A DNA stretch of 62,915 bases, filler included, from Perkinsus chesapeaki ATCC PRA-425 (Eukaryota; Protista; Perkinsozoa), in assembly GCA_013115145.1 (NCBI GenBank). It is 10 parts of 10 records of this genome, joined end to end, with 100 filler letters (N's around TTAATTAATTAA, not from the genome) between each part and the next. Parts side by side here need not be neighbours in the genome. Positions count along the whole stretch, not along the records: positions 22,612 to 44,257 come from JAAPAO010000592.1; 9 more parts are not named here. One strand, written 5' to 3'. The notes under the pieces are model-generated. The model did no database searches. It was given only the letters and a program-made list of their open reading frames with translations, and was not told the origin of the DNA. Positions 25,540 through 37,837 of this stretch are shown one piece after another. Position 1 is the first letter of the stretch; every line of letters starts with the position of its first letter. A program made the position numbers and the translations under genes.

Positions 25540-26960
25540 GCAAGTGGCAGCAATGAGGCAATACGATGTCCTCCACTATGGTTGACTAAATGCTACGCCA
25601 GGATCGGGACAGCCTCCAGCCAAGACGAACGAAACCTAGGATAGCAGGGAGGTTTGGGAAGTTACCCCAAAGGGTACAGTTCTGAAGATCGACAGATTCA
25701 GATAACAAACCGCATTCAGTCGAGGCTGCACATAGGGACTGAAATAAAAGGAAGCTATTTATCTGACGGCCAGCTAAGTGAACCTACGTGGAATATGGTT
25801 CTGGCGTCATTCTCTCGGCCAATACTTCTCAGGGCCTCAGCATACCATAAAAGGGTGGAGGTAAGGTAGGTTGCCGAGGGGGAGGATAGTAGTGCGTTAC
25901 CCCTGAACATGAGCCGAATAATCTCCAAGCTGCATGCGGCGGCGGCGGCATTGTGGAGATATGAAGAGTAGCCTGTACGATATTATAAGCGCCAATTCTC
26001 ACAGCTCATGTGGCGTAGCCCTCTTATTGTCCTGTTTTGGGTTCTGCATAGCGCCCTTACTGCAGCAGTACAGTGGGGCATCTTGCTCGAAAGCTACGAC
26101 ACTTGAGGCGAACCTATGGACTTATATAGGCTGAAGGATGAAGGAGTGACCAGCATCACCTCCAGTCCGTAGAAGAGACAAAGCCGATCTCAGCTAAGCG
26201 AAGGATGCTGGGACCAACACGCTCCCCACCCCAGTAGGCAGTTAGTGCCTGAAACGGTCGCTGCTTGCCGGGAGGAGAGGCGGATAAGGGTATCGTACCT
26301 GCCGCTTCCTGTTCCAGGCATGCTTCCATATCTCATTAAGAAGGTGCCTAGCGTAGGCTCTGAGGGGAAACAGACTTCGAATACAGATAATCACTGGACG
26401 ACAGTATATTAACCGATTAACCTATTGATCAAAGTATAGTTACATATGTGTTGTTCGGGTTTTAAACTTATATCATCTAACCAATAGCAATAATATAATG
26501 ATGTGGGTGATGATATAAAGTAAGGTACTAGTTATACGGTAAGACTTACCCCCACATCTTGCTCTTCTCTACCCAATGAAGATGCTCAGCTACTCGTTGC
26601 AACCGATCACAGGCCGCCCAGCATAAAACCTTACCAGCATAAACATATATTATGGCGCACTTAAGAGTGCCTTACCGCAGTGAAGGTATGGACACGTGGA
26701 CGGCCATATGAGTCCCTTGAATCGTCATTGAGGCTCTGTTGGTTGACCCTAACAGCACGTCTGCAGTTTAGAGTCCATCAATGGGCATGTTACCATTCCC
26801 TATCAGCTCCATCAATACCACTGTAGCCACCAGAGTCATCGTTGTCGTCCTCGGCGAGAGTCAAGAGGCGAAGGTCATCGTCAAAATACAGCCCGTTTGA
26901 ACGACTAAAAGGGAACGGATTAAGCGATAGCCATGCTCCTAGTTGGTCGACGGGCAATCT
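25540..26960 (-). CDS. Possible RMC1/Mic1-like protein, multi-exon (weak similarity)
   Basis: NPFPFSRSNGLYFDDDLRLL resembles the RMC1 N-terminus and YLTSTLLWYAEALRSIG resembles the Mic1 domain helix. Recognition from memory only; exon structure not resolved. Confidence 0.25.
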
Positions 26961-28046
26961 CATTCGATATTGACAGGTGAAGCAACAAGGATAGGGAAAG
27001 ATGTAGTAGACCCTTTGGAGCCCCTCGATGGCGTATCGATTCACCTGTCTCCATAATTAGGTTTCTCCTCTCCTGGAGGGGGCGGTGGGGCATGGGTGTA
27101 GGTCACGAACATCTGGAAGGCTTCGACGGCCTTCGTGCCTACTACAGACTAACCACAAAGCCCGGCCTACCTCTCTAACCTACCGAATTTCTCCAGCCTA
27201 TCGAAGACCTTTGGACTGCAGATGTCCTTTAGGCGGACATCAAAGAAGCCATGGGCCAATGCTACGCAGAACAGGCCGTACCTACACCAGCTAGCCGTTG
27301 ATAATGCAGGTAAATGCTAGGTGTACATGGGGATGTTTGGGTCATTGACGTTCATGCTGGCATCACCGCTCGGGTTTGGTCTACCAGCACCGTTGTCTCC
27401 TATACCGCCAACGACCACTTCGCCGACGCCTTGGTAACTGAAGCAGCGGCCGAAGTGACACAAGAATACGGCAGAGATGATAGCGGCAACTCACCCCGCA
27501 AGATAGATGACCCTCTCGGCGGGAACGTCAGAGTCCCCTATGAGACCTGAGACTGGATAAGGAAGTTAATAAGGACCGCTGGCTCACTGTAGACTGGCTG
27601 CACATTCATACCACTACTGTAGCAAAGGTTCTTAACATACTCTAGGAACCGTCGAACCATAGTAAAGAGGCCGAATTGCCGCAACACCTGCGGGAAGGGG
27701 TGATTCGACTATTTCACACTGGAAGGAGCTACCTGAAGGCTCATGCATATGTCTAAGAGATGGCAAGCTCTCTCGTCTCTAGTTGGGGGAGATGAGGGGC
27801 CTAAAGCTCAAGCTGGGGGGTCCGACAGTATGGTACTGTACCTAGGGGAATGCCTGTAGTGAAGCTAGTGACCAGACCACCACACTCATCACTTTGCAAA
27901 AGGGATAATGTTATGGCAGACCTGCACAGCAGCAAACTGGTAGTGTATTGGAGACAGCAGTGACCAACCTGGCTAGTATGTCCTGATAGTCCACCGGGAG
28001 GACCAGATTCATGCACCATTGCTTCCAGTATTTCAGCGTTTTATCC

Positions 28047-30600
28047 TCAAACTCTTTGCACACCTACACCAGTACAGTACTGTACAGAGCAGCAGCAGCA
28101 ACAACAACAGCTCACCTGAGTAAGCGAGTTAGCAAAGGACTCATCCTGCCCAAATACGATATAAACTGGATCGTGAACGAGGAACGGCACTTCCTCTATA
28201 ATAGTCTGAAGAACATCAGTCACGTAGTGGTCAGTAATGGTGGCAGTGAAACTGACCCTAATGCTGGCATTGGAGGTCATTCTCCAAGTATCGGTGGGGC
28301 CACAGAAGCGTATGTGATGGCTGCCTCTAGTCTGATAGCCATCAGTGGAGTTGTAGTTGAAGGTAGGCCTCACTCTAACCTGTAGAAGGCAGTCACTACA
28401 CTGTACAGGGCAGCACTAGAGTGAAGTTACAGTAATCATAGGATCGCCTCTGATCCGAGTGATGACACGAAATAGCTGAAACGGTCTGAACATCCTATCA
28501 TAGTGTACAAACTTGGGGGCAAAGTCTTTGATCTGCCAACAACAACAACATAGAGGAAATAAGTAGTGGATAGGATGCTACCTGGACCACATCGTTATTA
28601 CGACTGCTCAACGTTGTGACTAGAATGGCTGTATTTGGGATGTATCTGAATAGCGGTGATAATGCTGGTATTGATGCTGATGCGGGCACCACCGTCTAAG
28701 CGGGGCAATACAGGAAGATAGACATGAGCAGGTGTAAGTAAAATAAGGTAGGATGACAGAAGGATGGTAAATCGACCCGCCGACTTGTCTCAAGAAACGC
28801 AGTTACGGAGGGATAGTCGTACTTTTGCTCGGATCGGACTTGACCTTGCAGCACAACGTCGAAAAAGCCAGACTCCTCGCTATCATTGTTGAGGAGGGAG
28901 TTGAATATAGGGTCACCGTCAAATCTATGGAGATACAAGTAAGGCTAATGGCTAATGGGCGAACGCCAACGCGTCTATACCTGTCCATACAGCACCATAC
29001 CACTCGACTACGCCTATCTATCAGGGCTCCGTATGTACCTATAGCCGAAATGCTGAAATTAGACCTCGACCTTGAAGGGTACCATTCCCAACGACACCCA
29101 GTTGAAGAGGCGCACTGCCTATTGATGAGGAGGAAGAAGGCACTGCTGCACTGGTTAAGGGGGCGATGGAGACTTCCTGGCCCACTGGTGGGTTAGAGAG
29201 GGTCTTGGCAGCGATGCCGAAGGACGCTAGTCTGGGCCCTCCTCCTCCTGTGGAGGGAGTGGGCCCAGGTAATGAGGGGAAGGATGAGGGGGCCTCTATC
29301 CTCGCAAGGGCACCAAAAAACTTATCTTGGCTCTGCTGGCAAGGGATAGTCCAACTCAAACACTACAACACAATAACATAATACTGTAGGACAGAAACTC
29401 TTCACATGGTAAAGGCATCACACATAATCAGTATGAGGGTCTTCCTCAGACTGGCGGACACGGCCCCATCTGCTCCCAGGGGGAACTCGAAGCCTATTGG
29501 CCACTCGGAGCAGCATCTCATAGTGCTTCTTATCCCGGGTCCTAAAGAGCTGATGAAAGAGCCGCGGCGATGAGGAGGGAATTCGTCTTACGCGTATTTC
29601 TCCCTCATAGGGGCCCCTTTGAGGATTTCCTTTTGCTGTGCTTTCGCCACTAACAACAGACGCAGTTGCCACACTCCAAATCGGGCAACGTACGCTTATA
29701 AAGCTTATCGCCTTCACACTCCTGCTCCTCTGAAGTGATAGGCTCGGGCATGGCACACATCGACACCTGAGCGGCAATAGCCGTGTGGCAGAGGCTCAAC
29801 TAGCAGCCCGTCACCTTCGATATTCTTACGCACTCACCGAACATAGAATACCGACGCTTGATGCGAGTCGGCCGCCTAAACGAGCACAGAAGGACGAGTA
29901 GGAGGACGGGGCTGAAGGGGGTTACTTCGTGACAGGATCAACTGGGGCAACGTTGGTTATATGAATGGGTGCCTCGACAGTAACGATATTAGAAGGCTTC
30001 TTGGCCCCTTTGGGTAGCACATCCCGCTTCATTAAGTTAGAAGGTAAAGGCCGCCAAAAGGACCTCACCTACCAAAGGCGTGCATCTCTCTAGGTGATAG
30101 TCAGCCTTACCATATTGCAGCCAGTTACTATCACTTGATTCTTCTGCCAAAGCACATGCCGTATCACACCATGCTTGCCGGCATCTCGGCCATAGAGGAC
30201 CTGCAATAACCATTCCCAGCCTCGCCAGCTGCCATGCAGACCTGGACCAAGTCTCCTGGTTTGATGTTAAATATCTTGGTCATGTTAATATGCTCTGGCT
30301 CCTTGTTCTTGATCTCCTTGGGCATCGACGGCTCCTTCCCCACCTACACCACGACTCCAAACACACCAAGTGTCTTCTGGCCACCTTCAAAAACTCTCTT
30401 GGCCGTATCTTGGTGTATTTATTCCGCAGCTTAGTCCTCATAGCCTTATGAAGGAAAGGCAGGTACTTCAGCGCACTGACGCTGGTAGGCATAGTGGAAA
30501 GAGAAGGAGAGGCAACCCACTGCTCGGATGTGGGCAGGTGTACACAGCTCAAAGGTTGCACAAGGAGACATAAATATGGAACAGAGTGAACAACAGGTTA
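28047..30600 (-). CDS. Probable multi-exon hypothetical protein(s)
   Basis: Series of exon-sized open segments (AYVARFGVWQLRLLLVAKAQQKEILKG; RLFHQLFRTRDKKHYEMLLRVANRL; TDVLQTIIEEVPFLVHDPVYIVFGQDESFANSL). No family recognised; boundaries approximate. Confidence 0.3.
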
Positions 30601-30698
30601 TTAGAGTTTGGATTGGGGCGGCGGCGACGGCGGCGGTTGGTGGTGGAGTGGGGTCGATGTGGACTCAGGGTTCTTCTCCTCTGGGAGATGCTCGGCGT

Positions 30699-33600
30699 TC
30701 AGGACATACCGAGTGAGCCACCTACAGAAGAGTTCCGATCATCAGCCTTGATAGGTCCGTAAAACGTCCACATGCAACTGCCACGACATTTAGGTTTCGC
30801 ATTCTCTCCACCTTCCTCCCTCGACAAGTGTTCAAGGACACATGGTATATTTTTCACAACTGTGTATACCTCACTGGTCCATCTCCCAAGTAGCATGCAT
30901 AACGCCTTCTATTGTCTTATAATGATGTCCCTCCTTAGGCAGCATACACAACCTTGCTATGCCCCCAAGGCCTTTGATGGCCCCGAAAAGCCCCTCAGAC
31001 TGGTTGGGTGCTGTCCCCGAATTTGTGTCGCTCTGGCCGTGTATCAGCAGCAGCGGTGCTGTCTTGTTGGCCGCAATCTTATCCGCCCAAGTGAATGGAG
31101 ACATGTTTTGGTACCTTCAAGGTGATTATGGGGAAAGAGCGGTATGAAGAAGGGTTGTAAACATCCTACACCTCAGTAGCATCCCAATAGTTCCTCTCTT
31201 CCCTCTGGAATCCAAATGGTGTAAGGCTCCTATTATAGGCTCCCGATCTCCCTATACCAGCCCGGAACAACCCCGGTCGAGTATGCGCGATTAGATTCGC
31301 TACCATAATAGCAATGGCTCCAACACAACTGTTGCCTGTCATCTGCCTACCTGTCATGAACCCACCATACGAGTGTCCCCCAACTGCTATCCTAGCCGGG
31401 TCCACACCCCCGCTGGCTGTTGCAGCTGCCACCTAAGCATGTCATCTTATGGGACGGAGGCGTGGAGTGTTCCCCACCGCAGCCTCTCCGTTCATCACTA
31501 ACTGCTGGATAAAAGTGTCATTGGCAGTGTCTCCATCCCCTATTATAGGCATTGATGGGTTGTCCAATACCTATACTAAATTCACTAATAGGGATGGATG
31601 CCCAGCCTACTGCCCAGCCCTTGCTTATCCACAGGAGAGGTCTGGCCCATGTTGCCCTATTGAACCTGTATTTGGATACCCTCACCTGCCCAGCGGACTT
31701 CTGTGAAGAGTATCTATCAGAGCATCATGCAGACCTTTCCGTGGCTCAAAGTGATACGATTCCGGATAGGCCCAAACTATACAAGGTGGAGGCCGGCCCT
31801 CCGTGGCTGCCTTTTTAGGGATATACAGAGTAGCTGTCAGATCCACACCGTCCTCTCTTTTATAATGAATGACCTGCTCCGACGGGTTCCTGATCCTCTC
31901 TGTAAGTTACTAACCTTCTTCTCCGCCAGAATGTCAAACAATGCCTTCTGCTTAGCCCTCGGGTCCTTATTAACCGTGACTGGCCTCTCCTTACCGGTGG
32001 TCATGTCCCGGAGGAAACGCTGTGCATCCAAGTCCAAGACAGTCCAATCCTTCTAGTCGATTGCTCACCTCCCTAGGCTGAGTTATACTCTCCCTTGCAA
32101 AAAGGAGATGACCACCATCATCACCAACAAGTCGAATAGGTTCCTCAAAGTGATATCCCCTCACTGGGTTGGCCCGCCCATCAACCTCATCCCTACTAAT
32201 CACCATCATCACCCTCCCCTCCTACCCCTACCTTATATCCACCCCGTCCTCCTCAGTACCAAGACAACAGCGCCAAACACGCCGGTGAGAAAGCCTCGGC
32301 TTGGTCCTGACCGTCCAGACATAGCTCCTCCATTTATCGGCGCCTACTTTGTATCATCAAGTTGCACACGGAGGTAGTCAACAAATGGCCTGAGGCCTTG
32401 GTCGGAAGCTCCGTCCCCAAACAGGACCAGACTGCCGTCCTGGACTTGCTGTAGCACCTGCTTAGCCATGGCCTACAGCAATGACCACGGCGACGCTTTG
32501 GTGGCCTACGGCTCTGTTAAAGGGACCACCACGGACCGTCTCGAAATGGCCCATACTGGTGTAGGCATCATCGTACTTATCACAATGCAGGAGGATGCAA
32601 CCATTTGTGGGGTTAACATCCACCTATTGAGGAGCCATTGCGAACCTCTATCAAAGCCAAGAAAGCACCTCCGAAGATGCATTCCGGTTGAATGTGAAGT
32701 GTTCGATCCCCTTCGCGGCCTGTGTAGGCTCCCCCTCTAATGCATGCGGCTTCATCCACACCCTCTGGGTCTTATCCTTGAACCTCCACTCTCTCCATAT
32801 AATATCCCCCTCCTCTGTGAACCGTAGATGGCTTTGCATTCCTGAACAATGCCTACATCCCTGCCACCACTACACCCCCGCCTTGGCCGCCGCCCCACTC
32901 ATCTCGGACCGGAACAGCACCCTCGCCTTATTAACATCCCATGGCTCCTCCTCCCTCATCACCATAGCCGTGTCCCTGTGATCCACTCCCATACCTACCC
33001 TCTACCAATTACATTAACTAAAATGCCTAACGACCTACGTCGAGGATCACCACCGTCACCATCAGCCACTACAAACGCTAAGGTATGGGCTTTGGTCGGC
33101 ACCTGGTGGAAATGACTTCGGAAACAGGCGCCCAGCCGATGGCGGGCTACCCAACGAAAGCCTCTAGGGCCCGGGGCACAGGCATCAAAGCGATTGGGAC
33201 GGTCCTCTTGGGCGGGCCGGTGATACAATGGGAAACACTCAGCCTGTCCCTCAGATAAAGACAGCACACTGAACTGGCGGCCGAAGCGGGACACCAGTAG
33301 CGATCCTGAGGCCGGGGTGGTGGGAGCCATCACTGCCGAGCGGGCTCACTGCTGAACGGCGGGCCGGTTATCTCAGTAACAAGCAACTGGAGGGATGATG
33401 GGATGATATTTAAGGGGGATGTATGCTCACATAGCGATCATCAGGGGAGAAAGAGGAATCACAGACCATCGATGGTGAGCCTATAGGCCTTGTAGTGCCG
33501 CCGCTGCCAAGGGAGTGCAAGTACCTTATAACGGGATTGCTTGGTAAGGACATTGCCCAATGGGGAAGAGTAAGCGAGCTAATAGTGGTAGACCAGTGTG

Positions 33601-34835
33601 AGTTAATGGATAATGCAATAACCATGGCCGCCGCCATTTACGCCCCATCATTTGTGGCCTACATCTGTGTGTTGGTATAATAAGCAAATAACATATCATC
33701 ACGAGCTGACTTCAATGTATCTATCCAATACCACTCTCCTCTCCTCCCCTTCCATCCCCTACTTACTAGCATAGGTCCTAGCCTCCTGCTTCTTCCCATG
33801 GCATTCCTTGCTCACAGGACCCTCTGGCACTGCGAACCTATTACGCCAACCTCGCTAGCCTCAACTACCATCCACTCTACATTCTATCAACCTTATTATC
33901 AATATCCTTCATGCTGCTCTCCGGCACACAGTAAAGTAAGAGTGTCTTCCCGTCAGATGACCAAAGGTACGGACATGCCCCCGTGGCTGCGTTGAGTCGG
34001 TAACCCTCAGCAATACGAGTCTGTAGGCGGCCTATGGACGGTGCCAGGCTACTTCACCACCTACCGCCTTCCCTGTAGTGACGTCTATAATATAGAGACT
34101 GATGGCAGAGGAGGCATCTACAATGGGAAGCTAGTACGGTGGCCGAGAGGCGTCGACTTCATATACCACCTTTTACGGTAACTGCAAGCTTGTCCCCCTG
34201 CGGTGACCACTTTACAAAGGCATACTTTATACCATCACCCAGTGGCAATCCAGAGATAGTAACAGGAGCTACTGCAGAGGTGACATGAGCTAAGCAGCAG
34301 CCCTACCAGTAGTGCTGCCATCTAGAGGCTCAATAGAAGGGCCGATCCAGTCATACCAGACCAGCGACGTAGGCATTCTAGTTACGGCGTCAAAGTCCAA
34401 GCCTGCCAGCCGATGCTTATTATTGCCCTCAAGACATACTTCAGCCAGAGATTTCTGAGGACACTCCTTCTTCCCTCCACCGCTCCCAGCTACTACAAAA
34501 GGCGTGTGTCTGCCATACTGTATAAAGTGACGTGCTCCATCAGGACCACCAACAGCAGGTCCTAGGGAGAATACAGGATCAGGTGGGGTCAGGACCAACT
34601 CTTCTAAGGGAGGCCCAGGGCGCCTGAACCCCTCACTATTAGGAGGCGGCTCGCATGCAGCTACTGAGAAAACTACACCCTTCACCTCTGAAAAGGTATA
34701 AATACTACCACTGGGATTGGCGGACGAGAAGCGATGCAGCCCAATCATGGCCGTAGAGAGGCCCAGAGTAGCTGCCATTCGAGGGGTGCATCGGGACGCC
34801 AGGCGACCTCCGAGCAACCGAACCGCTGCTGACAT
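30699..34835 (-). CDS. S9D-type prolyl-oligopeptidase family peptidase (glutamyl endopeptidase/CGEP-like), multi-exon
   Basis: IAVGGHSYGGFMT (nucleophile Ser), GRSGAYNRSLTPFGFQREER, MSPFTWADK, LLLIHGQSDTNSGT (Asp) and LPKEGHHY (His). N-terminal propeller segments match (GFRRP..EELVLTPP, HRLAGLDF, FSPDDRY, DGDGGDP). Arg-rich, acid-free N-terminus. 3' end approximate. Confidence 0.9.
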
Positions 34836-34938
34836 GAGACCCACGCTGCCATGAAATCTCCGGCACTCAACACTACAAGTGGTGGTAAGAAACGCTTTAC
34901 ACGGATGGAATGGTACGTTAGTATATAAGAATAGTATA

Positions 34939-37563
34939 CTAGGCGCTGATGGAACGCAGCTTCTGAGGGGTAGACTGAGCCCTACCACACCCTGATTTAA
35001 CCTGACCAACCATAATACAGGGAAACCTCTCCACCCTGCTTACAATCGCAATGTCCCAAGGGCCACGCATCTCCGTTTTATAGCACTGGCTCTTAATGAG
35101 AAGATAAGGGCAAGCGAAACACATCTAACGAGGTTGATGGGGGCAGCAGCAGTAGCAGTTTATAGTTAGTAGTACCAATGCTATGAGAACCTGGAATGCT
35201 ATGGCACCTATCTTGCTCTGCATCCACAGGCCCAGCGTGGCCACGAAACAAATACCAGGAGTTAGTACCTGTAGATGGGCTCTAGTGTGGGCAGCAAAAT
35301 TATTGTATAATACTACCTTGGTGTAGGTATTCCGACTATTATCATATACCCACTTGAATGCAAAAGGAATGAAGGCGAATGCTAGCATAGCAAAGAAGGC
35401 GAAGGCAAACACATAGTCGGGGGTGCCTAGGGAGGGAAGAGGAGGGTCCGAGGGTATAGAGAGGTTGGTACGTAATCTCGATGCCAGTATTATAGCGGCG
35501 AACATAGCTGCATTGAGGCCTACTGTGGAGTCCACCAGCCAAGCTTGACGAACTTGAGAGCTGCTCATCTGATAAGGAAGAGTGGATGGAGGTATATAAT
35601 GATAGTGGGCCAGAGTACCACGGCGCTGCTGGGGACAGGACGGTACACAAAGGCATAATCATGTATTAGGGCATGAATCTAAGGAGATGGATACGAAGGG
35701 AGTTGGTAGAGGTATTATCAAATGGGGTACCACTAATAATATGACAGCCACAGCTATAATAGTATCCTCACTCCATGATGATGTTAATGTTTGCAGTATA
35801 GGGCTGAGTACCCATAATGTACCTTATAGAATATGTAATGGACCCTACACACTACAGTGTATACCCTATATACCCTAACCCACCATCCTATTAGTCCTAT
35901 ATACCCTAACCCACCATCCTATTAGCCCTATATACCCTAACCCACCATCCTATTAGCCCTATATACCCTAACCCACCATCCTATTATCCCTATATACCCT
36001 AACCCACCATCCTATTAGCCCTATATACCCTNNNNNNNNNNNNNNNNNNNNNNNNNNNNNNNNNNNNNNNNNNNNNNNNNNNNNNNNNNNNNNNNNNNNN
36101 NNNNNNNNNNNNNNNNNNNNNNNNNNNNACCCTATATACCCTAACCCACCATCCTATTATCCCTATATACCCTAACCCACCATCCTATTAGCCCTATATA
36201 CCCTAACCCACCATCCTATTAGTCCTATATACCCTAACCCACCATCCTATTAGTCCCTATATACCCTAACCCACCATCCTATTAGCCCTATATACCCTAA
36301 CCCACCATCCTATTAGTCCCTATATACCCTAACCCACCATCCTATTAGTCCCTATATACCCTAACCCACCATCCTATTAGTCCCTAATTATTACCAAATA
36401 CATGAAGTGCTGATTTAGTATCCTCCCATAACCGTTCCCGCAGTTTGATTTTCTCCGATACCATAACTGCTGCAGGTGGGGTCTCAAAAAGTGAGCAGTC
36501 CGGCAGTGTATCTGATTCTGTCCCTTGTCTCCTGCCTTCTTGAACCGCCCTATATTACCACCCAAGTCCACACCAGTAACAGCCTGATCCTCCGACTCTT
36601 GCCGTATGCTCTCAGCAGGTGCCGACAGCAGTCGGACACTTCTCGTATGCGGTTGGTCCGTCTGTGGCACCCTTTCTGGTCGAGGCGGCCGCAACGGCGA
36701 CAACAGGTCATCCTGACCAACTGTACCAGTGGACTTACCAGCGTATTGAACATACCTTCAAGCGATGGTGTCGGTCGGGAGTGTGGATACATCGGAAGGC
36801 TGCCTCGGCAGCGTAACGTGTTGAGCCCCCGTGGATATTCTTGTAGTAAGCAACTTAAAAAGCGGAACCGTCAATGCCCATAGAGGAAGCATCCTATTAC
36901 GATTCCGGGTGTTGGAGACCACCAGCTGGGCACCTGCCGCTCGGAGCAACGCGGACCTACCGAAAGTTCGAAATGAAGAAGTGCTCCACCAGCCGACCTG
37001 CAAGAGTATCCCAGTAACAGAAGCCCTACGTCTGCAGCGAGGAGGGCCGGTGGCTCTATGGCCTCGGCACGAAGCCATAACCATACTATAACAAATATGG
37101 CGATAACCTAATGGAGTTAATAGGGAAGAGAAAGAGGATACGATGATGCCTACTGACAAGTGCTGTGCTATGCAGGCAGTCTTGGCCACCAAGGGCCAGT
37201 AACGATACCTCTTCAAATTGGTATTCATACGCAGGCTACTAAGGAAGGCTTCTTGGCTACAGTAGTTATCTGGGTAGGACTGTGGCTCATACCTAGGGTA
37301 ATGTAAAGTAAAACAGGTATCAAGGATGCCTACAGTATCTTCCTAAAGCCACTGGTATCGGTGGAGCTCTGTACCGCCGCATTAACGGATCCGCTACTTG
37401 GAGGGCCTGCCGACTCTATTGGTGTAACACATCTGCCGTCAAAACGGTCATTGCGGAAGAATACAGTGGCCGATGGGGGCGGCATAGACTGATGTACAAG
37501 ACGATATTGATGTGATTGGACCCAGCGAGGATATTTATTGGAGGTTAAGTGGCGAAGATTCAT
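34939..37563 (-). CDS. PIGC: Phosphatidylinositol N-acetylglucosaminyltransferase subunit C (PIG-C/GPI2), multi-exon
   Basis: Exons FRKIL|YEPQSYPDNY..FLSSLRMNTNLKRYRYWPLV, VLSPILQTLTSSWSEDT, IHALIHDY, GLNAAMFAAIILASRL and FACPYLLIKSQCYKTEMRGPWDIA match PIG-C motifs in order. Confidence 0.9.
35864..36385. repeat. 31-bp minisatellite in a PIG-C intron (spans a 97-N gap)
   Basis: Unit CCCTATATACCCTAACCCACCATCCTATTAG with small variants. It begins just after the intron donor on the minus strand. Confidence 0.97.
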
Positions 37564-37837
37564 GTTAGGTTCGCGTTATACCGATGTGCAAATCCGATGA
37601 CTTCCACGCCAGTGAGGCCTAAATGATACCACAGCTATCAAAGCCAAATAGGTCTTCGGCGGCGTAAGTCCCTGGGAACCACTGAAGCATCTTGCAACCT
37701 TGTAAAATCTTGAGCTTCTTATTCCCTGTCACGAACCGACGAGTTGTTGTTGTTGACGCTGGTGTGTGTACTGCCAATTGTCGATGATTTAGTGTATCTT
37801 CGTTGATAGGGCACCCGAAATGGAATAGCCCCTGGGG

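Noticed and set aside
28072-28087. GTACAGTACTGTACAG nested palindrome
   Set aside because: Low-complexity GTAC/TACAG words are common in this sequence, and it does not fit the 22-nt formula.
35864-36385. Telomere or CRISPR array
   Set aside because: Only one CCCTAA per 31-bp unit and it is intronic. Units are head-to-tail with no unique spacers; the same applies to the 23-bp array at 58111.
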